Shown here piece after piece: positions 56,694 through 64,000 of a stretch of 64,000 nt of DNA. The DNA is from Candidatus Woesebacteria bacterium GW2011_GWB1_33_38. Lineage in GTDB: Bacteria; Patescibacteriota; Microgenomatia; UBA8517. The position numbers were made by a program, and so were the translations under genes. Position 1 is the first letter of the stretch, and each line of letters opens with the position of its first letter. The stretch spans positions 33,615 through 97,614 of the forward strand of contig LBPF01000006.1 in the NCBI GenBank assembly GCA_000990005.1. Direction: 5' to 3'. Under the pieces are notes generated by a model. It had not been told where the DNA came from and did not search any database. It was given only the letters and a program-made list of their open reading frames with translations.

Positions 56694-57623
56694 ATGCCCA
56701 GTCAAAATAAAACTTCAGAAATTGCAAAAAAAATTGATGAATTCTTGGACTATTTAAGTGTTGAAAAGGGATCCTCTCCCCTAACGATTAGAAATTACAA
56801 ACATTACCTAACTAGGCTTATAAAATGGCTAAATGCTAAAAAGATAAATGCTAAATTAGAAAATATAAATCAAGAAGTTGTTCATGATTATCGCATATAT
56901 TTATCAAAACTTGGCTTGGGCAGAAAAACTCAAGGATACCATGCAATAGCACTTCGCTCATTTTTAAAGTGGCTTATAAGAAACGATTATCAAGTCTTAG
57001 CACCTGACAAAATTGATCTTCCAAAAATTCCTGAAAGGCAAGTCAAATTTTTGTCAGGTGAACAAATAGATAGGCTTCTTAATGCTCCTACACTTTCCAG
57101 TATTCAAGGGATTAGAGACAAAGCAATTCTTGAAGTTTTATTTTCAACAGGTCTTCGTGTATCTGAACTAACAAACCTTAATATTGAAAAAATTGATTTT
57201 GAGAGGCGTGAATTTGGAATTACAGGTAAGGGTGGTAGGGCCAGGGTTGTTTTTCTTTCATCTCGATCTGCTGATTACTTAAAAAAATATTTAAATGAGA
57301 GAAAAGATCATTTTAAACCGCTTTTTATCCGTCATAAAGGTTCAGTTGATCCAACAACTCCCGATGAAAAAATGCGCTTGACTCCCCGATCAGTGGAACG
57401 ATTGGTTAAAAAATATGTACACAAGATGAAGCTTCCTATTGAAGCTACACCCCATAGTATTCGTCACTCGTACGCGACCGATCTACTTATAGCAGGGGCT
57501 GACATTAGGTCAGTCCAGGAAATGTTGGGGCATAAAAACATTTCAACTACCCAGATTTATACACATGTCACCAATAAACAGCTTCATGAAATTCATGAAC
57601 AATTTCACGGGAGGGGTAAATAG
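56694..57623 (+). CDS. XerC/XerD-family tyrosine recombinase
   Basis: TGLRVSEL, GKGG, HSIRHS.AT, LGH, TTQIYT. Confidence 0.95.
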   Translation: MPSQNKTSEIAKKIDEFLDYLSVEKGSSPLTIRNYKHYLTRLIKWLNAKKINAKLENINQEVVHDYRIYLSKLGLGRKTQGYHAIALRSFLKWLIRNDYQVLAPDKIDLPKIPERQVKFLSGEQIDRLLNAPTLSSIQGIRDKAILEVLFSTGLRVSELTNLNIEKIDFERREFGITGKGGRARVVFLSSRSADYLKKYLNERKDHFKPLFIRHKGSVDPTTPDEKMRLTPRSVERLVKKYVHKMKLPIEATPHSIRHSYATDLLIAGADIRSVQEMLGHKNISTTQIYTHVTNKQLHEIHEQFHGRGK

Positions 57624-57625
57624 AA

Positions 57626-58639
57626 TTAGTTGAGTCTAAAATAATTATCAAGAGCGAATTTTAATTGATCGGTAAACATTTTTTTGAGATAAAAAAGATT
57701 GTTTTGCTCGTAAAATAGTAAAAGTGATCTTCGATATTCATTTACATCGACATTTCTATATGAAAGTGGAAAATAATCATATGCTAATAAAATTGCATTA
57801 GCTAGTGTTCTGGCGGTTCTTTTATTTCCATCGGCAAATGGTTGTAAATAGGCAATCATAGATGAAGCAATTAGTGCTTTTTCAGGAGGGAAAGCAGTTT
57901 TATTTATTACATCAATTATTTTCTTAAGATTATTTCCAAGTTCGATATTTTGTGATCTAATTCCGCTTGAAATTAAATTTTTTGTTAGTACTCCATGAAG
58001 CTGTATTACATCCGTAAAATTTAGTTCTTTGAAACTCTCTTTATTTTTTAAAATCGTATCAAATGCTTTCTTGTGATTTATAAGCATAACTGCTTCTTCA
58101 TGAGAATGACCTTTTGCCTCTATGTTTTGTGTAAACAATGTCTCAGTTTCCAAGAGATCATACGTATTTCCTTCAATTTGGGCGGATTTCCAGGAAAATT
58201 CAATAACAAATCGTTCCAGTTCTCTTTTATATATGCTTTTATCTAAATTTGTGATTCTGAATTTAAATTCTTTTGAAGAATCATTCCAAAACACAATTTC
58301 TTTATTTAAAAATAAATTTGTTAAATTTTTAAAAACATCGTTATCAAAACTAGGTTTGGCGTTTCTATTATCCATGTCGTTTTTAAAATAATTTTCGATA
58401 TCGATAAATTTTAAAAGTGGATTAGTTTTTTCCAATGAATATACTTTTGCTCTCGCAGAACCTGCCTGCATTATTAGGTTTTGATCAATCAGGTTATTAA
58501 GGTCACGAATTGCTGTGATTCTTGAAATTAACTTTTTTCCTGAGAGCAATTTTGTAATTTCAAGACGTGATAGACTACCTTTTCCTTCTAGGATATTAAG
58601 CATTTGTTTTTGTCTATCGTTTAATATCGTATCATTCAT
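57626..58639 (-). CDS. Fic family protein with N-terminal wHTH, non-canonical motif
   Basis: SAQIEGN; QPFADGNKRTAR. Confidence 0.88.
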   Translation of the reverse strand: MNDTILNDRQKQMLNILEGKGSLSRLEITKLLSGKKLISRITAIRDLNNLIDQNLIMQAGSARAKVYSLEKTNPLLKFIDIENYFKNDMDNRNAKPSFDNDVFKNLTNLFLNKEIVFWNDSSKEFKFRITNLDKSIYKRELERFVIEFSWKSAQIEGNTYDLLETETLFTQNIEAKGHSHEEAVMLINHKKAFDTILKNKESFKELNFTDVIQLHGVLTKNLISSGIRSQNIELGNNLKKIIDVINKTAFPPEKALIASSMIAYLQPFADGNKRTARTLANAILLAYDYFPLSYRNVDVNEYRRSLLLFYEQNNLFYLKKMFTDQLKFALDNYFRLN

Positions 58640-58723
58640 GTTGTATAAATCGTATCATTTTTATTAAAGTTTAGCAACTTGAGGCTAAGTATCGTTTTAT
58701 TTTGATGCGTTTTTCGTATCATT
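58627..58723. promoter_or_regulatory. Three TCGTATCATT boxes at the fic start (putative operator)
   Basis: Copies at 58627, 58650, 58714. Confidence 0.6.
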
Positions 58724-58746
58724 TGTTAATTTGTTATACTTAATTT

Positions 58747-59733
58747 ATGAAAAAATTATTACAAAGTCCTAATTTTGTATTTCTTTTAGTTCTTCCAGTT
58801 TTTTTAATTGGTATGTATCTTGGTACTTATGGCTATTCTAAGTTTGTAAAGACTTCTTTTGATACAAAAACAACTAAGGTTGAGACTAACTATCCCCTAC
58901 CCGAAATAGTAGAAGAAAATAGAGTTACTACAAAAAATGCTAAATTTTTAAATGTTTTACTAACTGGTCATGGAGGTGTTGGTCATTCTGGTGGAGGTTT
59001 AATGGATGCTATTATGGTTGTGTCGGTTAATGTGACTGATAAAAAAGCAAGTATAATATCTTTTCCTCGTGATTTTTGGTTTTCAGGTCATAAAATAAAC
59101 GCTGACCCATCACTTAAAGATGCTCTTGTTGGGGTTACTGGACTTTCCATATCTAACTTTATATCTATAGACTTTATATCTTTCGTTAATATGATTAATT
59201 CTATAGGTGGAATAACAGTGGATGTTAAAAAAGCATATACTGACAATTTTTACCCCGTCAGGGGCAAGGAAAATGAATTATGTGGAATGAGTAACGAAAA
59301 AATTGCCGAGGTCCATAAACTCTATACAAACTTTGAACTAGAGAAACAGTTTACTTGTAGATATGAGACCATTTCATATAAAGTTGGTTTGAATAATATG
59401 AGCGGTGAAGAGGCATTAAAATATGTTAGAAGTAGACATGGTGGTAATGATTTTGAAAGAAGTAGGCACCAATTTGAAGCACTAAAAGCAATACTTCAAA
59501 AAGCCAACATAGCTTCAGTTTCAGAAGCCTTCAGTTTTGTAACAACAGATTTTACAATTGATAGTGTTAATAAAATGATTACTGAAATCGGAAACCCTTT
59601 GGAATATTCGATTTTCTATCTTGGTCTATCTGAGGAAAATGTTTTAGTTTCAGCTAAAAGTTCAGGGGGAGCTTACATTTTACAAACAAGAGAGGGACAA
59701 AATATCAAAGAATATATAAAAAACATCATCTAA
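58747..59733 (+). CDS. LCP (LytR-CpsA-Psr) family protein
   Basis: DAIMV, ISFPRD, YVRSRH, DFERS..Q. Confidence 0.92.
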   Translation: MKKLLQSPNFVFLLVLPVFLIGMYLGTYGYSKFVKTSFDTKTTKVETNYPLPEIVEENRVTTKNAKFLNVLLTGHGGVGHSGGGLMDAIMVVSVNVTDKKASIISFPRDFWFSGHKINADPSLKDALVGVTGLSISNFISIDFISFVNMINSIGGITVDVKKAYTDNFYPVRGKENELCGMSNEKIAEVHKLYTNFELEKQFTCRYETISYKVGLNNMSGEEALKYVRSRHGGNDFERSRHQFEALKAILQKANIASVSEAFSFVTTDFTIDSVNKMITEIGNPLEYSIFYLGLSEENVLVSAKSSGGAYILQTREGQNIKEYIKNII

Positions 59734-59746
59734 GGATGTAAGAAAT

Positions 59747-60475
59747 CTATCTAACTTCGTAGAAAAGAGTAACTGTTACCTCAATTTCAGTTTCCCCTGG
59801 AGTAATGTTAGCTTCCGTTACGGGTTCGGAACCTGAAATTGCTTTGTCATACATTAAAATTGGTCTTGGTTCAAATCCTCCAGATTCACTAACATTAATT
59901 ATTTTACCTAGAGTAATTCCTGCTGATTTTGCTAAACCTTCCGCTTTTGTTTTTGCTTTTTCTACAGCTTCATCTCGAGCTTTACTAGTTAACTCTTCCT
60001 TAGTTTTGTCATTTACCTCAAAACTAATGTTTCCGATTATATTTGCACCAATCGAAGTAGCAACTGTTAAAACTTCATTAACTACTTCAAAATCAGTTAT
60101 TTTTATTTCATAACTGACAGATACTCTGTAACCATTTATTTTGTAAGAGCTATTTTGATAATCAAATTCAGGATATACGTTATAATTTATCGTTTTAATG
60201 TTCTTTTCATCAATTCCTAATTTTTTCAATTCATCAGTTAGTTTTTTTGATTTTGTGTTGACATTGTTTTGAACTTGTTTTAAGGTTGGACCTTGTTCTT
60301 CGATTCCAATTGTAACTTTGGCTATGTCAGGAGTAACCGCAACTTTTCCTGTTTCAGTTACCGTTAAAGGTTCGCCCTTTTGTTGAGAAAGGACTGAGAA
60401 TGGAATACTTGGCCCCCATTTGGAGTAAACAAAGAGAAGTACAAAAAATAAAAATACGCTTCCAATTTTCTTCAT
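59747..60475 (-). CDS. SIMPL (DUF541) domain protein
   Basis: G.V..TPD.A, AV.KA..KA..LA, PGE. Confidence 0.9.
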   Translation of the reverse strand: MKKIGSVFLFFVLLFVYSKWGPSIPFSVLSQQKGEPLTVTETGKVAVTPDIAKVTIGIEEQGPTLKQVQNNVNTKSKKLTDELKKLGIDEKNIKTINYNVYPEFDYQNSSYKINGYRVSVSYEIKITDFEVVNEVLTVATSIGANIIGNISFEVNDKTKEELTSKARDEAVEKAKTKAEGLAKSAGITLGKIINVSESGGFEPRPILMYDKAISGSEPVTEANITPGETEIEVTVTLFYEVR

Positions 60476-60536
60476 AATATTAACTATATCAGAAAAATTT
60501 GACAAAAAGAAGTAAGAAGAGGTAAAATACCCCCAA

Positions 60537-60737
60537 ATGTTTGAAACAATTACAATTAAGAAAAATGTTTTAGATTTTAAACCACCTCAATTAACTTCGG
60601 AACAACTTGAAGAAGCAAGGGTTCGACTTCAAGTTTTAAATCAAATTAGTTTGAATCATGGTGCTGTGCCTGTTCAAGCACAAGTTGGTAAAGACGGTAA
60701 GATAATATCAATTACTGTTGAAGAAAAGAAAAAATAA
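60537..60737 (+). CDS. Small hypothetical protein
   Basis: TTGACA and TAAAAT immediately upstream of ATG. Confidence 0.55.
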   Translation: MFETITIKKNVLDFKPPQLTSEQLEEARVRLQVLNQISLNHGAVPVQAQVGKDGKIISITVEEKKK

Positions 60738-60738
60738 T

Positions 60739-63360
60739 TTAACTTTCTTCTTCCTCATCCCCTGTTTTTTCAAGGACTGTGGCGGCGGCTATTGAATCTT
60801 CCTTGTCTGCAAATCGCATGATAATTACTCCTTGTGTTGCTCTGCCTAATTGTGGAATGTTTTTAACAGGAAGTTTTATAACTTGGCCTTTTTTGCTAGT
60901 TATGACTAATTGATCTGATTTTTCAGTAACTAAACAGGCTACTGCCAAATCCCCAGTCTTTACTGAAACCACACACACCTTAACCCCTTTTCCTGCCCTT
61001 TTTTGAATCGGGAAAAGATCAAATCTCGTTCGTTTCCCAAGTCCGTGAAATGAAAGTGTCAAAATATCGCGAAAGACCTTTTTTCTTTTGTCTTCAAGAA
61101 TATCCAATTTTTCAGGAAATACTTCCATACCAATTATTTTGTCCCCACTTGCCATTTTAACTCCTGTTACCCCAGTTGTAGCCCTACCCATTGGTCTAAC
61201 GTTTCCTTCAGGGAATCTAATGGACATACCTTTTTGAGTTAAAAGCATAATATTGTCACTGCCGTATGTTAAATGAGCTGAAATGAGCATGTCCGTACCT
61301 TGTAATTTAATTGCAATAAGTCCATTTGTCCTTAAGTTTTCAAATTGTTTAAGTTCTGTCTTTTTGATAACTCCTGATGAGGTTGCTAGTATTAAATGCT
61401 TAGCCCCCGCTTCTTTATCCATTGGTAAAATAGATTTTATTTCTTCCCCTTGCTCAAGGTTTAAAAAATTAACAAGTGCTTGACCTTTTGCCTGTCTTGA
61501 GGATTCTGGTATTTCATATGCTTTTGCACCAAAGACACGGCCTTTATTAGTAAAGAATAATATCTGATCATGGGTTGAGGCGGTAACTAAATGATCAATT
61601 TCATCTTCTTCTTTGGTAGTCATTCCAATAACACCTTTTCCTCCCCTTCTTTGGGCCTTATAGGCGTTTCTGGAAACTCTTTTAATGTAACCAGTTCTTG
61701 TAACAGTTACTAAAACATCTTCTTTGGCAACTAAGTCTTCTTCAGAGAACTCCCCGATTTTACTTTTGTAAATTTTTGTTTTTCGGCTATCACCAAATTT
61801 GGCCTTTAGTTCACTAAGTTCATTACTGATAATTTCTAATATTCTTTGTGGGTCTTTTAATATAGCAATAAGTGAGTCAATTAACTTTTTAATTTCGTCA
61901 TATTCTTTTTCTATCTTTTCTCTTTCCAAAGCTGCCAATCTTCGAAGTTGCATATCAAGAATTGCGATTGACTGAATCTCAGAAAGTTTAAAGCGTTTCA
62001 TCAAGTTTTCTTTTGCTTCCTCTTGAGTTTTACTTTCTCTAATTGTTTTTACAACCTCGTCGAGGTTGTCAAGTGCAATTTTTAAGCCTTCTAAAATATG
62101 AGCTCTTCTTTTGGCCTCAGTTAGTTCAAAAATTGTTCTTCTAACTACTACTTTTTGTCTATGTTTTATATACTCTGTCAAAATCTGTTTTAAATTTAAG
62201 GTATGGGGAGTACCATCAACTAAAGCAACAAAGTTTGCAGGGAATGTTGTTTGAAGCCTGGTGTGTTTATAAATATTATTAAGAACTGATTTTGGTTTGG
62301 CATCTCTTTTTAAGTCAATTGCTACTCTCATTCCATCTTTGTCTGATTCATCTCGAAGATCAGCAATACCTATTAACTTTTTATCTTTTACAAGTTCTGC
62401 AATTTTGGCAACCATTTCCGCTTTATTAACTTGATATGGAATTTCAGAAATTATTATTTGAGTTTTTCCACTTTTATTTTCTTGAATTTCTGCAATTCCA
62501 CGAACAACAATTCTTCCCCTACCTGTTGCATAAACTTCCTTTAGAGAGTTTGCGTCATAGATTGCTCCTCCTGTTGGAAAATCAGGACCAGGTAGGATTT
62601 CACAAATTTCATCAATTGTTGTATCAGTCTCAAAAGAGATTGATTTAGGATCAACTTCTTCTTGTGTAAAACTTTTTTCTCCCCCTGATGCTATTAGATT
62701 TATCTTTTTAATAACAAATTCATTTTCTGAAGCATGGACTGTTTCATCCTCAATTGTAACTCTTCCCTTTTTAATCATCATAGTAATTGCATCAATTACT
62801 TCAGTTAAATTGTGTGGTGGAATTTTAGTAGCCATTCCAACAGCAATTCCTTCAGAACCCATAAGTAAAAGGTTAGGAAGAAGTGCTGGCATGAAAATAG
62901 GTTCTTTTAAAGTTGCATCAAAGTTGTCGATGTAATCAACTGTATCTTTTTCAATATCCATGAGTAAATATTCACTAATTGAGGATAATTTTACCTCAGT
63001 ATATCTCATGGCTGCGGCTGAGTCACCATCTACTGAACCAAAGTTACCCTGACCTCTAACAAGTGGATATCTCATTGAAAAATCTTGGGCCAAACGAACC
63101 ATGGTGTCATAAACAGCAGTATCTCCATGAGGATGATATTTACCTAAAACTTCTCCAACTACTTTAGCTGATTTAGTAAATGGTCCTGAATGTTTAAGTC
63201 CCATTTGAGCCATGGCGTAAAGAATTCTTCTGTGAACTGGTTTTAATCCATCTTTAACATCAGGGAGAGCGCGGGCAACAATAACACTCATGGCATAATC
63301 AACGTAAGATTTTGAAAGTTCTGCAGTTATTTCGGAGTTTATTATTTTACCTATGTCCAT
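60739..63360 (-). CDS. gyrA: DNA gyrase subunit A
   Basis: [22 protein letters not shown], GyrA-box QRRGGKG. Confidence 0.97.
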   Translation of the reverse strand: MDIGKIINSEITAELSKSYVDYAMSVIVARALPDVKDGLKPVHRRILYAMAQMGLKHSGPFTKSAKVVGEVLGKYHPHGDTAVYDTMVRLAQDFSMRYPLVRGQGNFGSVDGDSAAAMRYTEVKLSSISEYLLMDIEKDTVDYIDNFDATLKEPIFMPALLPNLLLMGSEGIAVGMATKIPPHNLTEVIDAITMMIKKGRVTIEDETVHASENEFVIKKINLIASGGEKSFTQEEVDPKSISFETDTTIDEICEILPGPDFPTGGAIYDANSLKEVYATGRGRIVVRGIAEIQENKSGKTQIIISEIPYQVNKAEMVAKIAELVKDKKLIGIADLRDESDKDGMRVAIDLKRDAKPKSVLNNIYKHTRLQTTFPANFVALVDGTPHTLNLKQILTEYIKHRQKVVVRRTIFELTEAKRRAHILEGLKIALDNLDEVVKTIRESKTQEEAKENLMKRFKLSEIQSIAILDMQLRRLAALEREKIEKEYDEIKKLIDSLIAILKDPQRILEIISNELSELKAKFGDSRKTKIYKSKIGEFSEEDLVAKEDVLVTVTRTGYIKRVSRNAYKAQRRGGKGVIGMTTKEEDEIDHLVTASTHDQILFFTNKGRVFGAKAYEIPESSRQAKGQALVNFLNLEQGEEIKSILPMDKEAGAKHLILATSSGVIKKTELKQFENLRTNGLIAIKLQGTDMLISAHLTYGSDNIMLLTQKGMSIRFPEGNVRPMGRATTGVTGVKMASGDKIIGMEVFPEKLDILEDKRKKVFRDILTLSFHGLGKRTRFDLFPIQKRAGKGVKVCVVSVKTGDLAVACLVTEKSDQLVITSKKGQVIKLPVKNIPQLGRATQGVIIMRFADKEDSIAAATVLEKTGDEEEES

Positions 63361-63418
63361 ATATGTAATACACGGACACAAGCTTTGCTTATGTCCATAG
63401 CTTCAACATTGTAGCTGA

Positions 63419-63646
63419 TTACTTTTGGCCTGACAAGTAGCTTAATATGTAGTATGCAGGGTTGGTGTCGTCATAGTCTAAACTGTCTAATGAACTCGGA
63501 CAAAGAGCTTTTGCTTTAGCTTCACCTTCTCTTCGATACTTATCTGCCATCTCTTGTCTTGATAGATTTTCTGAAAATTGTATTCCAGCTAGTAAGTGTT
63601 CTCTTTTTTCTCGTTGTGCACGAATCCTTGGATGTTCAAATTCCAC
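63419..63646 (-). CDS. Small hypothetical protein
   Basis: 75-aa ORF in gap. Confidence 0.45.
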   Translation of the reverse strand: MEFEHPRIRAQREKREHLLAGIQFSENLSRQEMADKYRREGEAKAKALCPSSLDSLDYDDTNPAYYILSYLSGQK

Positions 63647-63725
63647 CCTTGAAAGGTACTAAAAAATATCTACTATCTACAACTGGCAAAATTTTGATAA
63701 AATAATAATATCCCCCGCTAATAAT

Positions 63726-63998
63726 TTAACGAATTGCTGAAGAGACTGCTTTTACTACTCCTTTTTCAAATGGGCTGGGGATGATTTTTTTAGCTGTTGG
63801 GGTTTTAACTAATTTAGAAAGATTAATAGCAGCAGAAATTAACATCTTATTTGTTATCTTTTTAACTTTGTTATCAAGTGCACCTCTAAAAATTCCCGGA
63901 AAAGCTAGGACATTATTAATCTGATTGTTAAAATCACTTCTTCCTGTTGCAATAACTTTTGCTCCACCTAATTTTGCTTCATCAGGCATTATTTCTGG
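63726..63998 (-). CDS. NAD(P)-dependent malic enzyme (C-terminal part, runs off window)
   Basis: ATGRSDF.NQINNVLAFPGIFRGALD. Confidence 0.92.
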   Translation of the reverse strand, partial: PEIMPDEAKLGGAKVIATGRSDFNNQINNVLAFPGIFRGALDNKVKKITNKMLISAAINLSKLVKTPTAKKIIPSPFEKGVVKAVSSAIR

Positions 63999-64000
63999 AG

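Noticed and set aside
56694-58639. Prophage or island integrase
   Set aside because: Looks like a chromosomal Xer; no phage genes or att repeats seen
923-62648. Shadow ORFs in the track (e.g. 923+, 2068+, 6038-, 10311-, 25865-, 28860-, 43256-, 53250+, 59805+)
   Set aside because: Antisense or off-frame to well-supported genes or RNAs, with no recognisable motifs

Overview
AT-rich chromosomal segment of a small-genome bacterium. Gene style (short EF-Ts, N-terminally truncated RF1, LPAGRQ palindromes, few Shine-Dalgarno sites) points to Patescibacteria/CPR, probably Microgenomates; this is inference. It is mostly housekeeping: fmt/def, mreB/PBP2, topA, rpsB-tsf-frr, proS, dnaX-recR, cysS, rpsF-ssb-rpsR, prfA, hisS, dnaB, efp, xer, gyrA. 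It also has four tRNAs and several toxin-antitoxin modules. No rRNA, CRISPR array or prophage was seen. Main signals beyond the ORF track: (1) both NYN-RNase genes carry an antisense promoter, hairpin and U-tract unit over their 3' end, a candidate RNA-antitoxin system; (2) a structured leader precedes an atypical tRNA-His, a CDPS/HUP-fold-like ORF, NYN, hisS and a DMT transporter; (3) a GIY-YIG mini-element duplicates the 5' end of tRNA-Leu and has a clean 20-bp palindrome insertion; (4) a 6S-like ncRNA; (5) an 11-6-11 dif-like site near xer at an apparent terminus; (6) mini-hairpin, REP-like and heptamer repeats, many in frame inside core proteins; (7) apparently widespread leaderless transcription; (8) several lesions, including a broken hisS, that may be assembly errors. 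All calls are by eye; no searches were run.
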